From NCBI GenBank assembly GCA_001600815.1, contig BCKZ01000005.1, positions 1,241,794-1,301,127 on the forward strand: a stretch of DNA of 59,334 bases. Direction: 5' to 3'. The DNA comes from Alloascoidea hylecoeti (Eukaryota). The notes beneath the pieces were generated by a model, which worked only from the letters and a program-made list of their open reading frames with translations, made no database searches and was not told the DNA's origin. How positions within the stretch are numbered: position 1 is the stretch's first letter; each line of letters opens with the position of its first letter. Shown here one piece after another: positions 25,917 to 36,975 of the stretch. The translations under genes were made by a program, and so were the position numbers.

Positions 25917-26819
25917 ATGTCATCTATGACCAAAAACTTGAGAAAAGCAGCCTCCAAAAGATCACTTGCTGCCATCTACAACTCTGATAGCGGAGCAGCA
26001 ACTGCACATGAAAACAATTTGAAAAATCTTAGAAATAGTTCAAATACAAATTTATCTGTTGGACATAATAACAATAATATGAATACTGGTTCACCTATTA
26101 TCCGAGTTACTTCAATTTCAAGACAACCTATTCCAGAACCAAAAAAATCTTCAGATTTACGAACAAGTTCACGATTAAATGTATCTTCTAATAGCCATTC
26201 TCATTCAGCATACACAACAACCGATTTTAGCGGGTTTGATGATAGTTTTGATAGTTATACTAACTACTCTGGATCAACGGCAGATACCGAACAAGATAAA
26301 ATGGCAAAAGCTGATTCATTTAAAGAAAAGGCAGATCAAGTTTTTGCCAAAGGTACTGATTTTCTAACTGCAATTGATTATTATAACAGAGCTTTAAGAA
26401 TGTGCCCACAATCATCAAAAAATAAAAGAGCAGAGCTTTTTGCATCTATTGGAAAATCATACTTAAATCTAAAACAATATAAACATGTCGTTGATTCCTG
26501 TTCAAAAGCAATCATGATGAATCCCCTCAATGTCGAAGCACTTCTTACAAGAGCAAGTGCAAATGATACTTTAGATACATGGGATTCTTTATATCAAGCA
26601 GTTCAAGATTATGAAGTTATTGCTGAAAATTCATCAGAATATACATTAGATGCCCAATCCCATCTTAATACTATTAGGCCTAGAATGCAAGAAAAGCAAG
26701 ACATTGCACAGAGGGAGATAATGATGAAATTGAGACAATTGCTACCAGAAACTCCACAAAGACCACAAAAGTTATCAAATAAAAGTTCTGGGATTTTAAA
26801 GATGTTCACTCAAAATTAA
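25917..26819 (+). CDS. TPR protein, TTC1-like
   Basis: Low-complexity N-terminus, then about three TPRs (AIDYYNRALRMCP; SCSKAIMMNPLNVEALLTRA) and an EIMMKLRQL tail. Confidence 0.7.
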   Translation: MSSMTKNLRKAASKRSLAAIYNSDSGAATAHENNLKNLRNSSNTNLSVGHNNNNMNTGSPIIRVTSISRQPIPEPKKSSDLRTSSRLNVSSNSHSHSAYTTTDFSGFDDSFDSYTNYSGSTADTEQDKMAKADSFKEKADQVFAKGTDFLTAIDYYNRALRMCPQSSKNKRAELFASIGKSYLNLKQYKHVVDSCSKAIMMNPLNVEALLTRASANDTLDTWDSLYQAVQDYEVIAENSSEYTLDAQSHLNTIRPRMQEKQDIAQREIMMKLRQLLPETPQRPQKLSNKSSGILKMFTQN

Positions 26820-28742
26820 ATTAACAGAAAACTGAAATCGTAACTGGCATGCGACAATTTTCTAGATGCTAAGCTTATTAAAGGGTTCTTTGGATATAAT
26901 ACAGTGTGTATTTTGAATTGTTCATCAAATTCTATAATTCTGGGACAATAATAAACGCATGTATATTTATTTATGTATCTATATTTTGTCCAACGGTCAC
27001 ATAAACACACACACTATCTTTCTCTCCTAATATTTCTAAAATGCTTCCAATTACTCGTTACTCATTATATTTGATTTAGTATGATATAACTTATGTATGC
27101 ACAACTCTATGGTACTATCATTAGCATTATTTTCTCTTTATCATCATCATCATCCTATGTTTATATTTCATATTAATTTGTGTTATCTTGTCTTGAGCTC
27201 ACTTCATTTCCTTTTAGTTTACTTCGTTATATATTATTCTATCTGTATTTTTAGTTAAATTATAATATTAAACGCTGTTGCCATTCTATAATTATTAATT
27301 ATAGGTTTATATTTACCATTATTTGTGGTGAAATTTACCAACGTTAACGTTAGTCGTCGACTCCTCGTTAATCAATAACTATAAGAGGCTGGCTATATTT
27401 AGATATTTGACACATTATATTACTTATTCCAGTATCACGATTCAATGAACTCACAATATAGTATGCCTTAAAATATATTTCTTTGATTGGCTTGACTCTA
27501 TTAGCTCGATCTAAAACTGCAATTTGCATTGTGTTTCATTATCACACAACTGATTAATTATAAAGTTGTAACTCAATTAACAGTTTACCATTGATGTGCT
27601 TATTGTTTCATTTAAAATTTGGTATACATTGCATTATAATATTGTTTATCTGTTTTATATATTCTTAAGTCGTATAAATATTATTATTAAATCACTCGTA
27701 ATGCATACATTTATCCAGCGGAGACCCTGAGTTTGGCACGCCAATACAAACATAAAATCGGCTTGTGAGATTGCAATAATCAATGCATACTCACAATATA
27801 TATTCGCTGCATAATTCACACACATTCGGAGTCTTTTCAGACACACCTTACAAAATAATGGTATTTTTGTTCATATTCAAAGAATGATTTATTAAGCCCT
27901 ACATTATGACAGATAACCGAGTAATAAGTTTTCACTTTACCTGTCACAAATTTGCTGCCCTAGATCTTTAATAATGTGTGCACGGCTAGACTGTCGGATG
28001 TGCACTCTTGAACAGGCGACAAGAGATCGTGCGACTTTTTGGCGTAACTGGTCCTAATTTACTTCTAACATATAATTATAACTTGTCACCAGTAAGGGAA
28101 GCATGCACAAATTAAACAGGGAATCTAATTTTTCAATAAAAATTGCATCTATTATGAATTTAAATATATATTGAAAATATTCACCGGTATATGAAATTAT
28201 GAATCGAATGAACTGGATTGTTCTATTAAAGGTTTACTGGTACAACGTTAATTAACGTGAACTATGCATGTTTGTAGGTAAACCGGATTATTATCATATA
28301 TAAGTATGTATATTATATAACGATTATTTTCCGGATACAAATATTTAGCAAAATTAACGTGTTTAGGTATAGAATTTATAATCGATTTATTATTGTTTAT
28401 AATACAGTTATTTCACTTAATTACGGCCATTCTGACTACTTATTATCGGGCATCCCCTGTTAGCTAATTTTCAGCCACATTATTACCCGTATGACCTAAT
28501 AATATTGATATTGGGGGAATATGGAACAATTTCGGGGGCCGAACTTGGCGGAATATTATCTTTAGAAATGACCGATAATCAGTAATAGTAACGGCCGCAA
28601 TTAAGTGAAATCACCGCAGGATCTTATCACGTGTACTTATTGAACCTAATCACAACATTAATATCTCTAATATTCTAAGAATATCCAACCACCTTTTACA
28701 AATATTCTTTCTCATCATTATTAATTACTTTAAAAAATTGAT

Positions 28743-29906
28743 ATGCGTTGGAATCTTGGCCTTATGGCCGGAGCAATAAAAGAAGCTAAACCAGAGAGTA
28801 TTGTTTTCATGGTTGGAGCAGGTATATCAACTGAAGCAGGTATACCTGATTTTCGATCTCCTGGAACTGGATTGTATTATAATCTAGCTAAATTAAATCT
28901 CCCATATGCCGAAGCAGTCTTTGACATTAACTATTATAAAAAATCACCAAAAGCATTTAATACATTAGCACTTGAATTATATCCAGGAAACTTCAATCCT
29001 ACAAAATTTCATTGTTTTATGAAAATCATTCAAGATAAAGGATTATTAAAAAGAATTTATACTCAAAATATTGATACTTTAGAAAGAATTGTTGGAATTG
29101 AATCAGATAAAATTATTGAAGCTCATGGATCATTTGCATCAAATCATTGTATTGATTGTAATACTGAAATGTCAGTTTCTGAATTTAAAAAACAGTTAAT
29201 AAATAAAGAAACAAATTATACACCTACTTGTCCTAAATGTAAAGGATTTGTTAAACCAGATATTGTATTTTTTGGTGAAGGCTTACCAAGTAAATTTTTC
29301 AGACAATGGGAAAAGGATAAAAATGATAATATTGATGTAGCTTTTATCGTTGGAACATCATTAACTGTTCATCCATTTGCTGAACTACCTTATGAATTAC
29401 CATCAACTACTACAAGAGCATTTATCAATAAAGTAGAAGCGGGTGGGTTTTCGATGAGGTCTATGGGAAGAGATCTTGTTATGATTGCAGAATGTGATTC
29501 TTGTATCCAAAGAATTGCTGAATTATGTGGATGGGATAAAGAGTTAAATGATATTTATAACAGTTTTAAGAATAAAAGTGAAAATACTAAAAAAGATGAT
29601 ATAAATGAACCAAAATCTACAAAGGAAGAACCAAAAAATTCTAAGTTATCAACTACTAAATTAAAGCCAAGAGAAGAAACCATTAATATTAATGATAAAG
29701 ATAAAAATAATGCTAATATTAAGGAAGTTAGCACTGATGTTATAGTTGATAACTTAACCAAAGAAGTTGAAGATTTAAAATTAACAAAAGAGACAAAAAT
29801 TAAAGATGAAAATAAAAAGGAAAATGAACCAAAACTAACAGTATCACATGGCAATGACAGTCCAACATCAAAAGCTTCAGAAGCAGAAACAGAAAAGAAA
29901 AAATAG
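28743..29906 (+). CDS. HST2: NAD+-dependent deacetylase, class I sirtuin
   Basis: GAGISTEAGIPDFRSPGTGLY, YTQNIDTLE, EAHGSF, CxxC..CxxC, KPDIVFFGE, GTSLTVHPFA. Confidence 0.93.
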   Translation: MRWNLGLMAGAIKEAKPESIVFMVGAGISTEAGIPDFRSPGTGLYYNLAKLNLPYAEAVFDINYYKKSPKAFNTLALELYPGNFNPTKFHCFMKIIQDKGLLKRIYTQNIDTLERIVGIESDKIIEAHGSFASNHCIDCNTEMSVSEFKKQLINKETNYTPTCPKCKGFVKPDIVFFGEGLPSKFFRQWEKDKNDNIDVAFIVGTSLTVHPFAELPYELPSTTTRAFINKVEAGGFSMRSMGRDLVMIAECDSCIQRIAELCGWDKELNDIYNSFKNKSENTKKDDINEPKSTKEEPKNSKLSTTKLKPREETININDKDKNNANIKEVSTDVIVDNLTKEVEDLKLTKETKIKDENKKENEPKLTVSHGNDSPTSKASEAETEKKK

Positions 29907-30332
29907 TATGAGTTAATACAATAGCAACTTTAATTTGGGATATTTTGATTTTGGATAGTTAATTGAAAATTATTATATTAATTACATTAATAATGAAGCT
30001 ACTACAGTTATATGTCTTTGTATTTAACGTTTCTGGTTCACAATTTTGCTTGTATAACATGTAAGGCCTTATAAAATTTACTTCATCCATAAAAATTAAT
30101 CTTGACTTTAAATGGTAGGTAGTCAGTTATATTATCTAAAATCAAATTTAACTTTTGTAACTAAATGGATTCTATTATAATCATAACTCATTCTAAATTT
30201 CATTATCAATCATATTACCATAATATCATTCGGTTTTATTACAATCAAACAATAAGAAAATAATAACATGTTTTTTTGGATAGATTATCGTAAATCATAA
30301 AATTGTTATCTTACATTAATAGTTAACAAATA

Positions 30333-31661
30333 TTATAGACTAACTTCAACCAAGTAATCTAACCTCACTTGACAACCTTTAAATACAATAAGCTCATCAT
30401 TTATAACTCCTGCCTTATCAGCCAGTGCCCAATATGAATCATATCCTTTTGGTGGTTTGGAAGATCTAGCGGTAGTAGGATAGAATGGATTTCCTATAGC
30501 AACACTGGCTAAAAATAAATAAACATGTGGTTTTTTAGTTGAATTTTGAGCCCAATATAAACCATCACAATATTGTAAAGATTTTGTTGATTTATTAGCA
30601 AAATATAAACCATGACCAAAAAGAGCACCAGCTTTTTGACCTGGTGATTGAGATGGTAATAATAAACCTTTTGATAAAATTGATAATAAATTAGCAGTTC
30701 TTGTACCATGCCATAAAGTCATAACATTTGAAATTTCGTTTGAACATTTTAAAAATGGTTCTTGCTGAGATTTTAAAGCAACTTTATAAATATTTGTAAC
30801 TTTTGATTCTGGAATACCATTATATTGATGATTTGATGCTTTTGATTCTTGATATTTTTTAGAAATTTCATCAATTATAGATTTATCATTAATATGTTCA
30901 ATTTCAACATCAAATAATTTTTCAACTTCTTCTTTTGAAGAGGAAGTTTCTTTAGGATCAGGAATTTTTGGATTTTTTTCTAAATCTTCTAAAAGTTTTA
31001 ATGTATCATATAATGCATTACAAATATTCATTTGACATGTCCAATTATTCAAATTATATATCAATGTTTCTTGATCTCTTGCATTTTTCACTTTATTTGG
31101 AATAATAAAATAATATTCATTATTTAAATCAGATAATTTTTCTTCATTTTTAATTATATCATCTAATAATGGTTTAATTTCATTTAAAATATCAACAGCT
31201 TTATTAACACCTTCTTTACTAATAACTCCTAATGGTGTTTTAAAGAGTCCATCTACTGAATCAAATTCAATATTTGTATTGCTTGTAATATTATGAATAT
31301 TCTCAACACTTAATGCTTCAATTAAATGTTTTGATTCATCATCTTTATATACAATTTGTTCTAATGCGATATCCATTGCATTTTTTTTACAATTAATAGT
31401 ATTTCCATTATCTGAAGTAGATTCAATAGTAGCTTTTAGCATTGCTTCCCGATATCCTTTATTCTTCTTTTGTCTTAATAATGTTTCATAATTACGCCTA
31501 CCACCAGTTTTCTTAGAAATAGCTCCCTTAGACCCTACACGTCCATAACGAATGGTAATAGTACCAAGCGCAGATGGATCACGCTCATCATATCTTAATT
31601 CATAGAATTTGTTGTTGTTTGCTTTTGTGTCAAACTTGATAAGCATTTTATGGTCTGACAT
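30333..31661 (-). CDS. Poly(ADP-ribose) polymerase, compact WGR-regulatory-catalytic type resembling bacterial PARPs
   Basis: WGR domain (NNNKFYEL..RYGRVG..LLRQKKNKGY), helical domain (TPLGVISK..LSDLNNEYYFIIP), catalytic H-Y-E triad (LWHGT; FGHGLYFA..KSLQY; NDELIVF..Q.RLDYLVEV). 442 aa, intronless, intact. Confidence 0.92.
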   Translation of the reverse strand: MSDHKMLIKFDTKANNNKFYELRYDERDPSALGTITIRYGRVGSKGAISKKTGGRRNYETLLRQKKNKGYREAMLKATIESTSDNGNTINCKKNAMDIALEQIVYKDDESKHLIEALSVENIHNITSNTNIEFDSVDGLFKTPLGVISKEGVNKAVDILNEIKPLLDDIIKNEEKLSDLNNEYYFIIPNKVKNARDQETLIYNLNNWTCQMNICNALYDTLKLLEDLEKNPKIPDPKETSSSKEEVEKLFDVEIEHINDKSIIDEISKKYQESKASNHQYNGIPESKVTNIYKVALKSQQEPFLKCSNEISNVMTLWHGTRTANLLSILSKGLLLPSQSPGQKAGALFGHGLYFANKSTKSLQYCDGLYWAQNSTKKPHVYLFLASVAIGNPFYPTTARSSKPPKGYDSYWALADKAGVINDELIVFKGCQVRLDYLVEVSL

Positions 31662-31716
31662 GGTTAAAGTTTTTTAGAAGAGCTCTGGAGATTTAAGATT
31701 TAAGCGTTTTTCTATT

Positions 31717-31744
31717 GAAATTTGAAATTTGAAATTTGAAATTT
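31717..31744. repeat. (GAAATTT)x4 tandem repeat upstream of PARP
   Basis: Four exact heptamers 56-83 bp upstream of the PARP ATG. Confidence 0.8.
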
Positions 31745-32196
31745 GGACATTATTTGAATATTGGATTTGGAGAAGTATTTATCAAAATTATGTTGCATTT
31801 TATCTATTCGACTAATATTTATTTTTTGTGCTAAAGTTTGACTCGTTTTGATGCACTATACTACCACGTGCCATAATATTAAGCTAGAGATTTGTTTAAT
31901 GTTAAAAGCAAGTCGGAGAGAACTCCGAAAGAATAACTCTCTTCATTGATGTTATTTTAATTTACATAATCTATTAAAATCTCATACACATATGAAATAC
32001 ACTGTAATGTTATACATTAAGCCCATGAGTAAACCGGCATTTCCAATCTCAAAGAGGGTCAAGTAAATTGAACCAATCTTTTCACCAGGATAATGATTGA
32101 GATGGCCATCATTCAAGTTTGAATTGAAATTACTCTCATCATATTTGAAGCTAAGTTGATTATCACCTGGAGTACCCTCATCACGAAAAAACATAA

Positions 32197-32556
32197 CTTG
32201 CAGAATTCGTAAGAGACTTGTCTAGTAAAGAAGAAAATGAAAGAATTTTATCGAAAACTAACGCTTTAGAACCAAAATGAAACAAGTTAAGGGGAAAACC
32301 CATACTCGAAATAAATACGATCAAAAAAAGAATAGAAAAGAAGAATTTTTCCAACTTTGAATTAAACAAGGAAAGCGTGGAAAATTGTCTGGAGAATTTA
32401 ATAGGATCAGTATCTTTTCTACATAATATAGTGAATTCTCTTTTTTGTGATAAAATAGTGGAATATACTTTGGTGTGAAGCAATGAATTTGATGCTTTAT
32501 CTGTCAATTTATTAGATAATGAATTCCGGTATGATTTCTTTATCAATTATAAATAA
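32197..32556 (+). pseudogene. Decayed unknown gene convergent with the F-box gene (partner, copy A)
   Basis: 119 codons LAEFVRDLSSKEENERILSKTNALEPK*..V*SNEFDALSVNLLDNEF with only two TGA stops. Homologous to minus-strand 55140-55680 and partly to 49100-49220. Confidence 0.5.
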
Positions 32557-33140
32557 ACCAATTAAATATTCATGTTCTTTTCCATCTGGTAAAACTTTTA
32601 TCACTGTATTTGATTGTAAAGCCAAAATTTTTAGTTTGTTGTAGTTACTAGTAAATGTGTATTGATCCTTTACCATAATTGGTCCTATTATATGAAATTG
32701 AAATTCTTGGATCTTTTGACCAGTTTCAATATTCCAGGAAGTTACTGCTGTAAATGCAGTACGTACTATATAGTATCATTATGAATGGGAACGCTACTGA
32801 TGCAACTTCCTCTCACACGGAATTGAAAATTAAACTGTAGTTCTCCAAACACCAATATAATCATAACCACAACATACAATATAATCATTTACAAACAGAC
32901 ATTATTTACAAGTGATGAAGAATGAGTGCCTCGTGGCATGAAACGGTGTATTGGTTTAAAATCTGGTAGATTCCAAATTATACAAGACGCATCCCATGAA
33001 ACAGAAACCAGATATTTTTCATTATATCCATACAATTAACACCAGCGGAATGAAAGTTGATATCGGTACGTTTTGTTAATTCAAATATTTCCAATTCTGT
33101 TAAATATGTTATTGGAATCCGAGAATCACCTAATACATTT
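32557..33140 (-). pseudogene. F-box/WD40 family internal fragment
   Basis: NVLGDSRIP..TDINFHSAGVNCMDI..SWDASCIIWNLPDFKPIHRF..SWNIETGQKIQEF, with frameshifts; matches 53930-55042. Confidence 0.8.
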
Positions 33141-33364
33141 GGACCCTAAAATGATTATAAAATTAAAGATTGGAGTAAAAAAACTCACCTTTACCAGTTA
33201 TCGATATAAATTATATTATATTTTCATTTCAAACTCAAATGAATTATTCATATAAGACTTTAAAAAGATGACGATAATGAAAGATAGAAAACGGAATTTA
33301 TTTTATTATAAATTTGTTAACTAATTCTTAAAATTCATCGTGAATTGTTATTTACCGAGTAGAA

Positions 33365-33869
33365 ATGTTATTAATGGAATTCCAAACCACGGTATGGGAC
33401 CCGGAACGAAGAACAGTCGCTAACTTTAACGTCCCCCGAATGCCTGTAAGGCCATCAGGGAATTTTTTAAGAAGTTGTTGAGTAAATATGAAAATCTAAA
33501 ATCCATTGCAGAAGATGTGCAGATGACGAACCAGGAAAAAGGGATCTAACTATAATAGATCAAATCACATCTTTAAGAAATGAGATTAAAGACGGATTTA
33601 CACATATGGACTCAGAGTTGAGTTCATTAAAAACAAGCCTTATACGGGTGGAGGATACCCAAAAAAAGAAATGCTTGTCCGATTTTAATAAGTCCTTCAA
33701 TTTTGGAATAAAGCGTTCCTCTTTAGAAGGTTATAGACCTGTGGGGTATTTAGATGAAGAGGGAACATTTGTCATGCCTTTAATGGTAAACTGGAAATTG
33801 ACTGATCTAAATTCCATTGAAAGATTAATTCCAATGAACGGGAGTTTGAGTTCGTTTGGGGTTGGATAG
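33365..33869 (+). pseudogene. Coiled-coil + Mug135/DUF1773-like gene, frameshifted and 3'-truncated
   Basis: MLLMEFQTTVWDPERR.. / KKLLSKYENLKSIAEDVQMTNQE / DLTIIDQITSLRNEIKDGFTHMDSELSSLKTS.. across two frameshifts. 33594-33827 is nearly identical (inverted) to 52060-52292. Confidence 0.6.
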
Positions 33870-34718
33870 AACCTTTGAAGATCAGGATGGGGCCTATATG
33901 AACTTTGGCGCATCCGATTATACCCGAATAAAAAAAAAATTTCCCACTAATAATGACTGCTGAAAAATGGTGTTAAAGCACTGAGTCGGAGAAAAAAACT
34001 CACTCCACAACAGAAAACACAAAATTGTACATTGAAAAATCATTATCAGAATTACGAGATTAAATAGATTTTAGTGATAGTATTAAATTTAATTTATATT
34101 AGTTGTTGGTTAAGAAAATGGTGGTTGAAAATATCAATTATGTTCCATGTGGTATCTACGTACCTGACTGCGTTGCCAGTGTTGTGGTTCATTTATATAA
34201 ATATTAGGCCATGTGATAAAGAATACAATCGCATTAATGATTAATTATGTATTCAACTTTTTGATAAAAATGATAATGCAAATTTTGCAAAAGGTCCTAA
34301 TATATTAATTTCCCAGCACTTAATTCCAAATAATCATTTGATGGACAACCATAATTTTGACTAATTGGTACATTAAATTCATCATATGGTACAACAATCC
34401 AAAGTCTATGAGAGTTGGTAAACCAAATATTGAGATCTTAAGAGAAGATTTTTCAATAAAAGAAATATTTGAATTAATAGAAGATTACCATTTAGAATTT
34501 CATTTGGATAGTTTTGCCTGTATGTGTATATTTTAGGATGCATTTTTATAGATATTATCGTAGTAAGTTAAAATGCAGAAAACATCTAAATTTGCTGCAC
34601 ATGAAGTGTACTTTACGATAATTTCCATCTCAGATTAGATTTTATTGATAGTATTTAGAATAATTTGTGTTTGTTGATGGTAACGATGTTGCGAGATGAG
34701 TGGCGGCGGGGTAAAGAA

Positions 34719-34747
34719 GGGGGAGGGGGAGGGGGAGGGGGAGGGGG
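34719..34747 (+). repeat. (GGGGGA)n, five G5 runs; G-quadruplex-capable
   Basis: GGGGGAGGGGGAGGGGGAGGGGGAGGGGG about 715 bp upstream of CYC1. Confidence 0.8.
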
Positions 34748-35268
34748 TCTAAAATGAAATTGTAGTTTGGGTATAAGATTATTCAGATTTAGGCAGTCTC
34801 AACTTTTAGTTAATATGGCCGTTAAGCTTCTGGAATCTGGGGTAGTTTCTAATATCGTTTCGTTTTATTTGCTCATCTGGGTGTTACTTGATCCAATATA
34901 CTGCCGGTTACAGGCTTAATTGGTCGCGACTACTAATTAGGATATCATTGTACATGTGTAACTGTCATCAATCTTACAAAACAGAGAAGAATTCATATAG
35001 CTGGGATATCAGCTTTTGAATATTTTGTTTCATTTCAATTATGAGACGAGATTGAGAGACCCTCTGAAACCTTGAACCATTTTATTCTGAGCATTCCTGG
35101 AGGACATTCCTGGAGGACAGAATTCAGATGAAGAAAGTATGAAAAAGTTTGCTTATTATTTGGCTATTTTAATTCGCTGAACGTTGTTCGCCACAGATTC
35201 CCACTTACATCCAAGCTGGGCAATAATGTGGCTGGAAACCGTTAATAACCGAGTATGGGAGGGCTGTG

Positions 35269-35333
35269 ATTGGCGGATGCACGGATGTTGCCAGGCGGAA
35301 CCGGACGGTGGACCAACAGGACATCCGACCAAT
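35269..35333. promoter_or_regulatory. Two CCAAT boxes (HAP complex) plus CGG triplets in the CYC1 promoter
   Basis: ATTGG at 35269 and CCAATCA at 35329; several CGG/CCG triplets between them. Confidence 0.5.
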
Positions 35334-35462
35334 CAGCAGATGCCGAATGATGTGTAGTACTAAGCCAAAATTATTTATATTTAGAGGCCTTCCGAATTTT
35401 TTCTTGTTCCTTTTCTTTGTTTTACACCTTCTTCAATTTAATACTTCAAAGAAAATTTCATA

Positions 35463-35789
35463 ATGGGTTACGCTTCTGGTTCTGAAAAAAAGGGTGCTAC
35501 TCTATTTAAGACTAGATGTCTTCAATGCCATACAGTTGAGAATGGTGGTCCACACAAGGTTGGTCCAAATCTTAGCGGTGTTTTTGGAAGAAAATCCGGT
35601 AATGCTGCTGGTTACAACTATACCGATGCCAACAAGAGAAAAGGTGTTGAATGGTCTGAACAAACAATGTGGGAATACTTGGAAAACCCAAAGAAGTACA
35701 TTCCAGGTACAAAGATGGCCTTTGCTGGTTTGAAAAAGGCTAAAGATAGAAATGATTTGGTTACCTATTTGAAGAAAGCTTGCTCTTAA
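35463..35789 (+). CDS. CYC1: Cytochrome c
   Basis: [42 protein letters not shown]. Confidence 0.98.
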   Translation: MGYASGSEKKGATLFKTRCLQCHTVENGGPHKVGPNLSGVFGRKSGNAAGYNYTDANKRKGVEWSEQTMWEYLENPKKYIPGTKMAFAGLKKAKDRNDLVTYLKKACS

Positions 35790-36975
35790 ATGCATCTCTA
35801 GATGTTTTTAAATGCTTTCAATTTGATTAATGATGGATGGATTAGGATTAAAATTAAAATTAAGAAAGATCATATACAACTTTTGTATAATACTGCTAAA
35901 TGGTCAATAAATTTATTGCATTCTGATAATTTAAAAAGTTTTTTCGACCGTCGTGATTTATTATTGTCTTCAATGTTATCTGTGGTTTTAATATGGTTTG
36001 TATATATTTTTCATAGATATACTACTTGATAATGAAAAAAAGGCTTGGAAACAAAAAATAGATTTGTATATTAATATTCCAATTGTAATATTTTTCTTGT
36101 AGTTTGTATGAATCATCAATCATAAAATATAACTTTGAATTTTGTGAAGATAATAACGAATGGAATCAGGAATAAAATGTTTACATAATTGCTCAACTTG
36201 CTATACGTAATTGAGATCGGAAGTCCGATTAATTGGCTCTAGCCTTGCATATTTCCTGAAGTTTAATCCACCATGTAATTGACGTAGGTATGGCCGAAAT
36301 TAAGTAAGTCTAAGGAATCGAGGATTAACGGAACGAGCAACAAATATAAATTATTGAAAATAGTATTACTAAAATCTACTTAATATCGCAGTTCAGATAA
36401 TATATTTTTCTTTTGTAAATATTGTTGTCATGTGAGTGTTCTTTGTCTGGCACTGTCTACATATATTGAATCTTTAATTGTATTTTCAAGTATACCATGA
36501 TGAGCTGAAATATGGGCATCGTATGATACCTCTAAGTTCTTAGAATAGTCTAATTTCTCTTAAATGCAAGCGCCATAGTGAAGAATAAGGATTTATAAGA
36601 TTTAAAATATTGATGGGCCAATTCCAAAAGTGCAAAAAAGTTGTGACTACCAGGACTCTAAGGGGATAAAAGGAGGCAAGTAAGAGTTATATATGTGAAA
36701 GTTTCCCAAAAAAAGAATTGATTGAGCCTGATTCCTTCAATCCTTCTCGGTTCTTGAATGCATAGGGAATTACCGTATCTATCAGCTAGCTATAGTAAAT
36801 TTAAACGGACTATATTCAATAATTCCTTTAAAAATAAACACTATATATTTACATTATAAAAATACAGAAATTAATATATTATAGTTATAACAAAAAATAT
36901 AAAATCAAACATAAACGTAAACGTAAAAATAACACCGACCCCATACAACAGTAGCCAAAAAACTAATAATTAAAA

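Noticed and set aside
32181..32546. 121-aa minus-strand ORF
   Set aside because: F/S/L-rich shadow of the decayed plus-strand partner gene.
35092..35119. 13-bp direct duplication cattcctggagga
   Set aside because: Simple local duplication with no evidence of function.
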